64,000 bases of DNA, taken from the NCBI GenBank assembly GCA_963791295.1, contig CAWBRY010000001.1, forward strand, positions 1,271,039-1,335,038, read 5' to 3'. Position 1 is the first letter of the stretch, and the number at the start of each line of letters is the position of its first letter. Of the stretch, positions 33,819-43,580 are shown one piece after another. Position numbers and translations under genes: made by a program. This stretch comes from an uncultured Sphingobacteriales bacterium (GTDB lineage Bacteria; Bacteroidota; Bacteroidia; Chitinophagales; Chitinophagaceae). A model generated the notes under the pieces. It made no database searches, had not been told where the DNA came from, and was given only the letters and a program-made list of their open reading frames with translations.

Positions 33819-34608
33819 ATGTTGAAGATTCAGAATTTACATGCAAACGTAGAAGGAAAGAAAATCTTAAATGGAATCAATCTGGAGATCAAGGCCAGGT
33901 GAAGTACATGCTATCATGGGACCAAATGGTTCCGGTAAGAGCACACTGGCATCTGTACTGGCAGGAAGAAAAGAATATGAAGTGACCGAAGGATCTGTGG
34001 AATTTCTTGGAAAGGATTTATTGGACATTGTCTCCGGAAGAAAGAGCAGGCGAAGGATTGTTCCTTGCATTTCAATACCCGGTAGAGATTCCAGGATTGA
34101 GCACGACCAATTTTATTAAGACGGCAGTCAATGAGATCCGCAAATATCGCGGACAGGAGACATTGGATGCGGTTGGATTTTTGAAGATTGATGAAGGAGA
34201 AAATGGCGTTGATGAATATTGATCAGTCTTTGTTGAGCCGTCCCTTAAATGAAGGATTTTCAGGTGGCGAAAAAAAACGAAACGAGATTTTCCAGATGGC
34301 GATGCTTCAACCAAAGCTGGCCATTCTGGATGAAACGGATTCAGGACTTGGATATTGATGCCATCCGTATCGTAGCGAATGGAGTGAATAAACTGCATAA
34401 CAAGGACAATGCAGTACTGGTGGTTACCCACTATCAGCGCTTCTGGATTATATCATTCCGGATTTTGTTCACGTATTATATAATGGACGGATTGTAAAGT
34501 CCGGGACCAAAAGAATTGGCATTGGAACTGGAGGAAAAAGGATATGATTTTATTAAGAACGGAATTAGTGTTGGAGAAGAAGTGGGAGTGGATCGAGATA
34601 AACAATAA
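33819..34608 (+). pseudogene. sufC: Fe-S cluster assembly ATPase SufC, frameshifted
   Basis: MLKIQNLHANVEGKKIL; Walker [11 protein letters not shown]; signature [12 protein letters not shown]; Walker [14 protein letters not shown], read across frames. Confidence 0.9.
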
Positions 34609-35920
34609 TGATGCATGAACACTATATGAATATTATAAAGAACAATTTGATCAGTTGCAATCCGCGAATGGCACAAACGGGCTTTCTAGTATGAGAAAGG
34701 ATGCCTTTAAAGCTTTCAGCAAAATGGGAATTCCCACCGCAAAACATGAAGAATGGAAGTATACCCGCATCAGGAGTTTGTTTAATACAGGATTTCCAGT
34801 TGCCTGCCAGGGAACTGGATAATATTTCAGATAAAGACATGGATGCCATTCGTTTGCCTGGCCATGAGCAAGCGAACGAACTGATCTTTATAAATGGTTT
34901 TTTTTCTCTCCTCTTTCCAATATCCGTTCGGCGTAATTTAAACGTGGTGTCACTGGAAGAAGCTGCTACCAAGGAATATAAGGAATTAGTTTCACAACAT
35001 TTGGGTCACAGTAGTAACTATTTAAAAGATGGACATCAACGCGCTCAATACAGCATTTGTACAGGGAGGCGTTTTTATTCATGTCGAAAAAGGACAGACT
35101 GCAGAACATCCGGTCTACATATATAATATAACAGATGCCGGCCAGGCTAATGTTTTTTCCCAGCCACGCAGTCTTGTTCATATTGGTGAAAATGCACAAG
35201 TGCAAATGGTAGAAACCTATGTAACCATTGGTGCACGAAAGCTTTACCAACCAGGTAATGGAAATCGTTGTCGAAAAAGATGCGATGGTAGAATATTATA
35301 AGATCCAAAATGATGCATCCCATGCCAGCCTGGTAAGTACAACGCATTTCAGGCAAACAGGGAAAAGCTATATTCATGCGGTCACTGTTTCATTAAATGG
35401 GGCTATTGTCCGCAACAATCTCAATGTAGTACTGGAAGCAGACATTGAGAGGCGCATATATATGGTTTGTATTTCCAGGAGGGAAAAGTCATATCGATAA
35501 TCATACGGTCGTTGACAATGTAAAACCCAATTGCTTCAGTAATGAATTGTACAAAGGCATCATGAATGATGAGGCTACGGCGTGTATTCAATGGAAAAAT
35601 ATTTGTGCGGCCGCAGGCGCAAAAAACAAATGCATATCAGTCAAATAAGAATATTTTGCTTTCCGGCAATGCCAGCGTCAACAGCAAACCACAGTTGGAA
35701 ATATTTGCTGATGATGTGAAATGTTCACATGGTTGTACGGTGGGCCAGCTTGATGAAGAAGCATTATTCTATCTGCAATCAAGAGGAATTCCGTGAGAAC
35801 ATTGCCCGGTCATTATTGGTGCATGCATTTGCGACCGATATATCTGGAGCATATCAAGCCTGCACCCATCCGTACTTATGTAGAAAAATTAATTTCAAAC
35901 CGATTAGAATCCGGAAATAG
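34608..35920 (+). pseudogene. sufD: Fe-S cluster assembly protein SufD, frameshifted
   Basis: EEWKYTRI, GVFIHVEKGQTAEHPVYIYN, HIDNHTVVDNVKPNCFSNELYKGI, NASVNSKPQLEIFADDVKCSHGCTVGQLDEEALFYLQSRGI. The start is approximate and the stop TAG is at 35918-35920. Confidence 0.85.
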
Positions 35921-35921
35921 C

Positions 35922-37168
35922 ATGATCAAATCTGCTACGATAAACAAGAGCCTGGATATAAATCATATCCGCGGCAGTTTCCGATTCTGAACAGAGAAGT
36001 GAAAGGAAAACCATTGGTCTATTTTGACAATGCAGCGACCTCACAAAAGCCACAGGTGGTGATCGATGCATTGGTGAATTATTATACCGGTTACAATGCA
36101 AATATTCACCGCGGTATTCATACGTTGGCTGAGGAAGCCACAGCTGCTTTTGAAGCTACCCGTGATACCGTACAACAATTTCATCCATGCATCATCGCGC
36201 GAAGAAATCATTTTTACCCGCGGAACAACCGAAGGCATCAACCTGGTAGCTCATACATGGGGCAGGCAAAATATTAAAGCGGGAGATGAGATCATTATTT
36301 CGGCGATGGAACATCATTCCAATATTGTTCCCTGGCAGATATTATGTGAAGAAAAAGGAGCCATGCTAAAAGTAATTCCGGTGACGATGATGGTGAATTA
36401 TTGATGGATGAATATAAGAAGCTATTGAGCTCAAAAACAAAATTGGTTTCTATTGTCCATGTATCGAATGCACTCGGAACTGTCAATCCTGTTAGAGAAA
36501 TCATTGAATGCGCCCATCAGGTAGGTGCTGTTGGTTCTTGTGGATGGCGCGCAGTCAGCTGTGCACTTGGATATCGATGTGACAGAAATGGATTGTGATT
36601 TTTTTGTTTTTTCTGCCACAAATTATATGGCCCTACCGGCATTGGTGTATTATATGGTAAGAAGAATATTACTGGAAGCAATGCCGGTTTTCCAGGGTGG
36701 GGGAGAAATGATCAAGGAAGTGACGTTTGAAAAAACAACTTACAATGATCTGCCTTATAAATATTGAAGCGGGCACACCCAATATAGCTGATACCATTGC
36801 ATTCAAGGCAGCATTGGATTTTGTCACTGCAAGACCGGGAAAGAGTAATACGGAAGCATGAAGATGACTTGCTGCATTATGCCACGCACGCAATTGGAAC
36901 AAATTCCGGGATTAAAGATCATTGGAAAGGCAAAAGAGAAAATCAGTCTGGTTTCATTTATCATTGACAAGATACATCCACAGGATATAGGAATATTATT
37001 GGATAACCGCGGAATAGCAGTCAGAACAGGTCATCATTGTGCCCAACCCTTGATGGATCGTTTTGGAATTCCCGGTACATCCGGGCTTCCTTTGCCATGT
37101 ACAATACCAAGGAAGAGATCGATGAATTGGTAACTGGATTGCAAAAGGCGATTAAAATGTTATTGTGA
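35922..37168 (+). pseudogene. sufS: Cysteine desulfurase SufS (group II), frameshifted
   Basis: [45 protein letters not shown], and RTGHHCAQP (catalytic Cys). Ends ...LVTGLQKAIKMLL* at 37168. Confidence 0.9.
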
Positions 37169-37170
37169 AA

Positions 37171-37613
37171 ATGGAGCGAGCATAAGAACGATAGAAGAAA
37201 TAGAAAACGAAATAGTGGAAGAGTTTGCCTTATTTGATTCCTGGGATGATAAATATGAATATATTATTGACCTGGGAAAGAAACTAGCTCCGCTGGAAGA
37301 TCAATATAAAATGGATGAGAACAAGGTGAAGGGTTGTCAGTCTACGGTATGGCTGGTGGCAGATTATAAGGATGGAAAAGTTTTTTATAAAGCCGAAAGT
37401 GATGCAGTGATTGTAAAGGGATTGATCAGTATATTGATACGGGTATTATCTGGTCAAACACCTGATGAAATATTAGAAGCCAAACTTGATTTTATCAGAC
37501 AGATCGGGATGACCACCCACCTGGCGCAAACCAGGTCCAATGGTTTACTGTCAATGGTAAAGCAAATGAAGAATTATGCATTGGCATTTAAGATGAAGAA
37601 TGAAACGTCATGA
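37171..37613 (+). pseudogene. sufE: Sulfur acceptor SufE, one frameshift near the 5' end
   Basis: Intact from 37215 (track ORF, GTG). KVKGCQSTVWL active-site Cys motif. The likely true ATG at 37171 is out of frame by one base. Confidence 0.85.
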
Positions 37614-37937
37614 AAGTAAAGAACATGGACACGGAAGCGTTGAAACAAAAGGTAATTGAGGCGTTGCAAACGATTTATGATCCGGAGATACCGGTGAATA
37701 TTTACGAGTTGGGATTGATCTACGAAGTAGATGTGTTACCGATCAATAATGTCCAGATCGTAATGACACTGACTTCCCCTGCATGTCCGGCGGCGCAAAC
37801 CATACCGGTTGAAGTAGATCAGAAAGTAAGAGCAGATCGAAGGAGTGAATGATGTACATGTGGCGGTAACATGGACTCCGCCATGGGACAAGAGCATGAT
37901 GTCGGAAGCGGCGCAACTGGAATTAGGAATGTTATAA
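37610..37937 (+). pseudogene. DUF59/SufT-like Fe-S assembly protein, frameshifted near the 3' end
   Basis: IYDPEIPVNIYELGLIY...LTSPACPA motif. The C-terminus ...VHVAVTWTPPWDKSMMSEAAQLELGML* is in a shifted frame. 4-nt overlap with sufE. Confidence 0.8.
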
Positions 37938-38013
37938 ATATTAAACGTATCAATATGCCACAAATAAGTTTAAAGAGCTTAATGAATAATAATGCGCCCA
38001 CTTATTCGCCGAA

Positions 38014-38418
38014 GTGGTGCAGCCTTTCCGAGATGAATTGACTGCAGTCGGGTTTAAGGAATTATTGACGCCAGCAGATGTGGATGCGGCATTGAACAGG
38101 CAGGATGATAAGGCCGTTTTGGTGGTCTTAAATTCGGTTTGTGGTTGTGCGGCGGGTAAGGCTCGGCCCGGGGTAATTTTTTCTATGTTGAATGAACTGG
38201 TGCCCGATGAGTATGTGTCCATTTTTGCAGGTATGGAAAAAGAAGCAGTAGAGCATTTCCGCCAACAGTACTTGCAGGGCTACACACCATCTTCACCCAA
38301 TATTGCGTTGTTCAGGAATGGAAAATTGTTGCATCTGCTACAGCGTTACCAGGTGGAAGGGAAGAATGCAGGAGAAATTGCGACGGACCTGACGGCCGCC
38401 TATGATACATTTTTGTAA
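38014..38418 (+). CDS. Bacilliredoxin BrxA/BrxB family (DUF1094/YphP-like)
   Basis: VVLNSVCGCAAGKARPG (CGC redox motif), about 134 aa. An upstream ATG at 37992 is one base out of frame, so the N-terminus may be affected by an indel. Confidence 0.8.
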   Translation: MVQPFRDELTAVGFKELLTPADVDAALNRQDDKAVLVVLNSVCGCAAGKARPGVIFSMLNELVPDEYVSIFAGMEKEAVEHFRQQYLQGYTPSSPNIALFRNGKLLHLLQRYQVEGKNAGEIATDLTAAYDTFL

Positions 38419-38513
38419 GCTCAGGAATTCAGCGGAAAAAGCAGATAAGGTGAGGAATATATTGAGAACAGGTATCAAAATAAATATTGATTTCTGAAAG
38501 TCAGAGAATTGAT

Positions 38514-39005
38514 ATGAAGATTACTGCCCAGGAAGAATATGGTTTGCGTGTTCTGATCCGCATTGCCGGCTGCCGGACTGAGGAAGGAATGAGTATTCCT
38601 CAATTGAGCGAGGCGGAAGGATTGACCAGTCATTATATTGCAAAGCTGACCAGGTTACTGCGAATGGAAGGGTTTATCAACAGCAGGCCGGGAAATAAAG
38701 GCGGCTATGTATTGGCCAGGCCTGCCAAGGAGATACGGATCAAGGAAGCGTTGGAAGCGTTGGGTGGCGTGTTGTTTGACAAAGAATTCTGCGGTCTTCA
38801 TGCCGGCTCCTTGAGCCTATGTACTCATTCTGCCGATTGTTCTTCCCGTTCACTATGGAAAATGATCCAGTTCACTGTCGACCGGCTATTGGATAAAGTA
38901 ACCTTACATGATCTCGTCAGCACCGAACAGGAATCGGCCGTGGGTTTGAAGCAATTGCTTGAGCAAAGTGTTGCTCCCTTCCAGGAATCTGACAACAACG
39001 GTTAG
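38514..39005 (+). CDS. Rrf2-family transcriptional regulator (IscR/SufR-like)
   Basis: MKITAQEEYGLRVLIRIA wHTH start. Three C-terminal Cys (FCGLHAGSLSLCTHSADC) are consistent with Fe-S ligation. The track ORF starts 27 nt earlier. Confidence 0.85.
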   Translation: MKITAQEEYGLRVLIRIAGCRTEEGMSIPQLSEAEGLTSHYIAKLTRLLRMEGFINSRPGNKGGYVLARPAKEIRIKEALEALGGVLFDKEFCGLHAGSLSLCTHSADCSSRSLWKMIQFTVDRLLDKVTLHDLVSTEQESAVGLKQLLEQSVAPFQESDNNG

Positions 39006-39883
39006 TCCTTATATCGAAGGATGGGGCGAGTAAGACAGGTTGGGCCTCCACCACCTTTGACACTGATTTCTTCTCCTTTATATTCTATTATTTTGCAACC
39101 GGCCTCTTCAAGGCGTTTTTTTGTTTTCGGATTACCTTTTACCATCAGGCAATGGCGCGGACCAATTGCAAGTACATTACAACCCATACTCTCAAATTCA
39201 TCATCCGGTACTTCGACGAATTCATAGCCGGCACTCGATAAATATTCACGAAAGACAATAGGCATTAGGGGGGAATAAATCACGGCCAGGTTTTTATCCA
39301 CGGGGCTGAGAATAGACATGAGATGAAATACGTCTGATGGACCTTTATAATGGGGTAATGGCACAACAATCACACTCACGCCGATCGGTTTTAGCATGGC
39401 TGCCAATTGACGCAGTCCCTCTTCATTGGATCTATATGAATGACCGGCGGCAAGGGTGTTTTCATTAATCCAGGCGACATCACCACCTTCTAATGTTCCC
39501 GGAGACATGATACTCCCAAGAATACTAATCCCTTTTGTTTGGAATGCTTTTCTTTCAGCCATTGGTTCGTTCATCCGGGCTGGCTTGCCCATATTGCAGA
39601 TGATCATCCCGGCGTTAGTGGCTATGGATGCATCGCGGCAATAGATCGAATCCATATTGACATTGGGATCTGCGGGCAGGCTGTTGATCTGTGTATCCTT
39701 GGCGTTGAGCGCAGATTGAAAGACGGAATATTCTGATGCAGCGGTTTCAAAGTTGGGTTTATCAAGGTAGTTCAAATCCTCCCAATGCTTCGCAATATGT
39801 GAATCATCAACAAAGGCTTCTTTAACATTCTTTATAAAGACCGATCTTAATTTTCCAAATTCTGAGTGACAGGTTAACTCCAT
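39002..39883 (-). CDS. Guanidino-group-modifying enzyme (arginine deiminase/DDAH/amidinotransferase fold)
   Basis: MELTCHSEFGKLRSV..., GTLEGGDV, and C-terminal KGGGGPTCLTRPI (catalytic Cys context). The ATG at 39883 lies 2 nt after the upstream permease stop. The track ORF extension to 40036 overlaps the permease and is unlikely. Confidence 0.8.
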   Translation of the reverse strand: MELTCHSEFGKLRSVFIKNVKEAFVDDSHIAKHWEDLNYLDKPNFETAASEYSVFQSALNAKDTQINSLPADPNVNMDSIYCRDASIATNAGMIICNMGKPARMNEPMAERKAFQTKGISILGSIMSPGTLEGGDVAWINENTLAAGHSYRSNEEGLRQLAAMLKPIGVSVIVVPLPHYKGPSDVFHLMSILSPVDKNLAVIYSPLMPIVFREYLSSAGYEFVEVPDDEFESMGCNVLAIGPRHCLMVKGNPKTKKRLEEAGCKIIEYKGEEISVKGGGGPTCLTRPILRYKD

Positions 39884-39885
39884 AG

Positions 39886-41205
39886 TTACTTTTTTTGCGT
39901 CATTAGAATCAATACATAAAATGGGACACCCGCCATTAAAAGTATAAATCCCCAATACACTATTTCCTGGCCGGAGCCGGCTACAGCCCAAAGTGAAAAT
40001 AAGAATGCCAGCGACGCCAATAAAATAGATTTCCACGCGGAGGAGGGGAGGGCAGTACCCCGATTTTTTAATTTTATGATAATATAAGCGGCTGCGGAAA
40101 AGAGGTAGGGTACTAAAACAGTCAGGGTAGACAATAAAATCAGGAATTTGAATTGTTCAACCAGTCCCCGCGTATAATTCATTGACATGAGTATGGACAC
40201 CAGGATGCTCCCAATGATAATTCCGCGAGCAGGAACAGCCTTCTTGTTCAATTTACTGAAAACGGTTGGGAATAATTTGTCTTTGGCAATAGCATAGGGT
40301 ATTTGTCCCTGGACAAGAATCCACCCGTTTAATGCTCCAAAGGCGGCAATGGCTACACCCGCACTCACCCAATAGCGAGCAGCATTACCGCCGATTATAG
40401 CGGCTGCATCGGCAAATGGCGTAACTGAATTCTTAAGTTCACTTGGGTGTATCATTCCCATTGCGCTCATGCTGCTGAATATATAAATGACCGTTGCGAT
40501 CAAGGTTCCTATCATGGTGGCTTTTGCAATTGTCTTTTCCGGCCGAGCCACACTACCCGATGGAATGGTAGCACACTCGAGTCCCAGGAATGCAAAGAAT
40601 GTGAATGTAGCGGTGGTTGTAATAGCGGAAAAGTTCGAAGTACCACTTGAATTGAAGGGAACAAAATTTTCAAAGTGGATAAAAAATAAACCACCGAATG
40701 CGACTAATAGCAAAGGAAGGATTTTCAAGATCGTAGTGACCAATTGCATTTTACCGGAGGTTACAATGCCCAGGGTATTTATCCAGGTAAGGAACCAAAT
40801 GGCGGATAATCCGGTGGTGATAGCAAGCACTGGACTGGTGGCGAGTGAAGGGAAAAAAGTGCTCAGGGCGCTAACCAAAGAAACCGAGATGGCCGCATTC
40901 GTACACCAAATGGAGATCCAATAGCCCCAGGCGACAAGGAAACCCGCAAAGTCGCCAAAGCCAGCTCGCGAATAAGCATAAGGCCCGCCATCGGCTTTCG
41001 GCATTAGCTTACTTAAATTACTGTAAACCTTTGCGAGCAAGAAGGCGCCGATGGCTGAAAAAAGCCAGCCGAACAAACTAATCCCACCGAAGGCTGCCAG
41101 GGCTGAAGGCATAAGGAAGACGCCCGAACCAATCATATTTCCCACAACCAGGGAAGTGCTTGTCCAAAGACCTAACTTATTTTTCGACGACGAAGGATCG
41201 GCCAT
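39886..41205 (-). CDS. APC-superfamily amino acid/polyamine antiporter (ArcD/AdiC-like)
   Basis: Intact 439 aa with 12 hydrophobic segments. N-terminal motif: NMIGSGVFLMPSALAAFGGISLFGWLFSAIGAFLLA...GGPYAY. Confidence 0.85.
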   Translation of the reverse strand: MADPSSSKNKLGLWTSTSLVVGNMIGSGVFLMPSALAAFGGISLFGWLFSAIGAFLLAKVYSNLSKLMPKADGGPYAYSRAGFGDFAGFLVAWGYWISIWCTNAAISVSLVSALSTFFPSLATSPVLAITTGLSAIWFLTWINTLGIVTSGKMQLVTTILKILPLLLVAFGGLFFIHFENFVPFNSSGTSNFSAITTTATFTFFAFLGLECATIPSGSVARPEKTIAKATMIGTLIATVIYIFSSMSAMGMIHPSELKNSVTPFADAAAIIGGNAARYWVSAGVAIAAFGALNGWILVQGQIPYAIAKDKLFPTVFSKLNKKAVPARGIIIGSILVSILMSMNYTRGLVEQFKFLILLSTLTVLVPYLFSAAAYIIIKLKNRGTALPSSAWKSILLASLAFLFSLWAVAGSGQEIVYWGFILLMAGVPFYVLILMTQKK

Positions 41206-41333
41206 TAATTATTGAGTAAATAAAATGATTAGGGAAGATACAATATAAAATTTACCATGATCATTTCCCCTTAATTCAAAAAAAATGATTTATTCTCCCT
41301 GATTGGTTAAATGATTCATCAAATTCGCTTTCG

Positions 41334-41341
41334 TATTTTTG
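41334..41341 (+). promoter_or_regulatory. Candidate -7 box (TAnnTTTG) upstream of the araC-family gene
   Basis: TATTTTTG lies 35 nt upstream of the ATG at 41376. Confidence 0.3.
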
Positions 41342-41375
41342 AAACCAGTAATGATCCATTCGTTCGAATAAGCCG

Positions 41376-42347
41376 ATGAATATTGAACTAACACTATCCA
41401 ATAATGGGCCTCTGGAATTCAGTCCAGGGTTGCCTTCCAACTATACGGGTCCATTTCTTCCAGGAGCCGTGGCAGTTTATGCAAAGTCCAATAGCGCGCT
41501 TGTTGTCTTGCAGGAATTGGCCGGCGAACATTATTCCATCCGGGTGAGTGCAGGCAGATTTTTAAAACGAGTGAATGCACTTGGGTTCATTCGATTGCAG
41601 GGACTCTATAGTTATTTCATGTTAAAAAACGGAATTCGGAAAGAAGTGGGGACGATGGGCAAGCTACACGTGCGGGAAGGCCAGTACACCTGTTTTTTCA
41701 CTGGCCCCACCGATTGCAAAGGGCGGTTTGAAAAGACTACGGAGTTCAGGGCCTTGGATGTTTTTTACTCTCCGAAACTATTGCTGGAACTGGTTCCTTT
41801 CTTCCCTGAGTTAAAAGGAATATTAGATTCATCGGTTTCACTCACGCTACCGGGTAAGGTATTTTGGGCGTTGCCTTCGATGAAGGAGATCACTAATCAG
41901 ATACTGAACTGTCCTTATGATGAAGACACGCGCCGATTTTATTTTGATCTTAAGGTCAGGGAGTTGTTGTATCAAATGCTTCAAAATGCCTACAGGAAAG
42001 ATTCGGTGGAGCATTTGTTTACTCCTTGGGAGGTAGCAAAGATACATGAGGCAAGGACTATATTGGAAGGCTATATATCAAAGAAGCCACCTTCGATACA
42101 GGTATTATCCAGGCAGGTCGCCTTGAATAAATTTAAATTAAAGCTGGGCTTCCGCCAGTATTTTAAGACGGGAATTTTTGAATGGCTGCTGGAGCAAAGG
42201 ATGCAGCATGCAAAACATCTTGTGTTGACGACCAACCGGCCGATGAAGGAGATCTGTAAATCGGTGGGTTATCCTCGCACCACGAACTTCATCACTGCCT
42301 TTCGCCGGCGGTTTGGCATGACGCCGGGGTCACTTCGGAGAAAATAA
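41376..42347 (+). CDS. AraC/XylS-family transcriptional regulator
   Basis: Intact 323 aa. The C-terminus carries a double HTH (...SIQVLSRQVALNKFKLKLGFRQYF...PMKEICKSVGYPRTTNFITAFRRRFGMTPGSLRR). The N-terminal sensor domain is unassigned. Confidence 0.85.
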   Translation: MNIELTLSNNGPLEFSPGLPSNYTGPFLPGAVAVYAKSNSALVVLQELAGEHYSIRVSAGRFLKRVNALGFIRLQGLYSYFMLKNGIRKEVGTMGKLHVREGQYTCFFTGPTDCKGRFEKTTEFRALDVFYSPKLLLELVPFFPELKGILDSSVSLTLPGKVFWALPSMKEITNQILNCPYDEDTRRFYFDLKVRELLYQMLQNAYRKDSVEHLFTPWEVAKIHEARTILEGYISKKPPSIQVLSRQVALNKFKLKLGFRQYFKTGIFEWLLEQRMQHAKHLVLTTNRPMKEICKSVGYPRTTNFITAFRRRFGMTPGSLRRK

Positions 42348-42353
42348 TACTTT

Positions 42354-42387
42354 TCGCAAAACTTTTAGGTCGTCTCGCAAAACATTT
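42354..42387 (+). promoter_or_regulatory. Two direct repeats TCGCAAAAC(W)TTT spaced 21 bp apart: candidate AraC-family operator
   Basis: Repeats at 42354-42366 and 42375-42387, between the araC stop (42347) and the mauE-like ATG (42442). Confidence 0.4.
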
Positions 42388-42441
42388 CGTGAAAATCGAA
42401 TGGATTCGGAGTTGAACTTTACCCCGCCTTAAAGAATTGTC

Positions 42442-42909
42442 ATGAGAAACTCCGGAATCAGAAACCTAGCCATCGATATCATTGCGGCGTTGCTGATCTT
42501 CCTTTTTATTTATGCCGCGGTGAGCAAGTTATTGGATTATCAAAAATTTCGCGTGCAGTTGGGCCAATCCCCGATGCTAACGGTATTCGCCGGGTGGGTA
42601 GCCTGGTTGATACCTGCGATCGAAATTATTCTAGCCGTGACGCTGGCGGTGCCGGCCTGGCGGCTGGTCGGACTTTATGGATCATTCAGCCTGATGACGA
42701 TGTTTACTGCCTACATCATTGCGATCACGCAGTATAGTGAGTACGTGCCGTGTTCCTGTGGAGGGGTGTTGCAGCACATGAGCTGGGATCAGCATTTGAT
42801 CTTCAACATTGGATTTGTCTTGCTCAGTCTGACAGCCATTATACTTTATCCGGTAAATAATAAACGAATTGTTGCAACAATGATGCCTCCGTATGGCCTG
42901 CGGGGGTGA
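42442..42909 (+). CDS. MauE/DoxX-like redox-associated membrane protein
   Basis: Intact 155 aa with 4 hydrophobic helices. The PCSCGG motif sits between helices 3 and 4, as in MauE-type proteins (CxC-G). Confidence 0.7.
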   Translation: MRNSGIRNLAIDIIAALLIFLFIYAAVSKLLDYQKFRVQLGQSPMLTVFAGWVAWLIPAIEIILAVTLAVPAWRLVGLYGSFSLMTMFTAYIIAITQYSEYVPCSCGGVLQHMSWDQHLIFNIGFVLLSLTAIILYPVNNKRIVATMMPPYGLRG

Positions 42910-42999
42910 GCGTTTGCCCGTGTCGCTAATCACGGGTAAGGGGAAACTGAAAACCTTTAGAAAAGAGTAAGTAAAATTTTTATGATTAAATCTTTTATT

Positions 43000-43266
43000 A
43001 TGAAAAAGAACATTTTCAGCGCGATCATCTTTGTGATGGCATTGTCGGCAGCATTTGCGTTTACGCCGTTGAAACCGGAAGCGAAAGGGAATTTTGCTAC
43101 GCAGACGGTTTATTATAATAGCGGTGAAGCCAATCGAATTGTCCGAATTCGAAGACCTGTAGCAACATAAACAACTGGCACTAGTTGTGTAGCCAATGTG
43201 TCAACTTATTTTGATTCACAAGCAAGCACATGTACTGCCACATCTGCTTATAAATGGAAACCTTGA
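43000..43266 (+). pseudogene. Cys-rich secreted mini-protein, paralogue 1 (two frameshifts)
   Basis: MKKNIFSAIIFVMALSAAFA signal peptide. TQTVYYNSGEA, then QSNCPNSKTCSNIN and TGTSCVANVSTYFDSQASTCTATSAYKWKP* in the two other frames. Collinear with paralogue 2. Confidence 0.55.
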
Positions 43267-43306
43267 ACAAGAGGTTGATAGAATTTAATAAGTAATATAC
43301 ATCTAA

Positions 43307-43573
43307 ATGAAAAAGATCAAATTGCGCTGGCTCGTATTCGCGTTTGCAATTTTGACAGCTTTTCTTAGTAATTCGGCCGTCGGTAGAGAATCAAAAAGCA
43401 CTGTAACACAAACAGTTTATTATAACATAGGTACTCAACTCGATTGCCCGAATTCAAGAGAGTGCAGCTGCGTAAACACAGGTTTTGTATGCGTGGCAGG
43501 CATTACGACTTATTATGATTCGCAAGCCAGTCCGTGCACAGCGGTTTCTACCTGCAAATGGCATCGGTTGTAA
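43307..43573 (+). CDS. Cys-rich secreted mini-protein, paralogue 2 (intact, 88 aa)
   Basis: MKKIKLRWLVFAFAILTAFLSNSAVG signal peptide. The mature part is ...TQTVYYNIGTQLDCPNSRECSCVNTGFVCVAGITTYYDSQASPCTAVSTCKWHRL, with 6 Cys. Confidence 0.65.
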   Translation: MKKIKLRWLVFAFAILTAFLSNSAVGRESKSTVTQTVYYNIGTQLDCPNSRECSCVNTGFVCVAGITTYYDSQASPCTAVSTCKWHRL

Positions 43574-43580
43574 TTCAGCA

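Noticed and set aside
42916-42937. Hairpin GCCCGTG-N8-CACGGGT after the mauE-like gene as a terminator
   Set aside because: The stem is short and ends in a wobble pair, and no T-tract follows. Too weak to call, and the downstream peptide genes probably need read-through or their own promoter.
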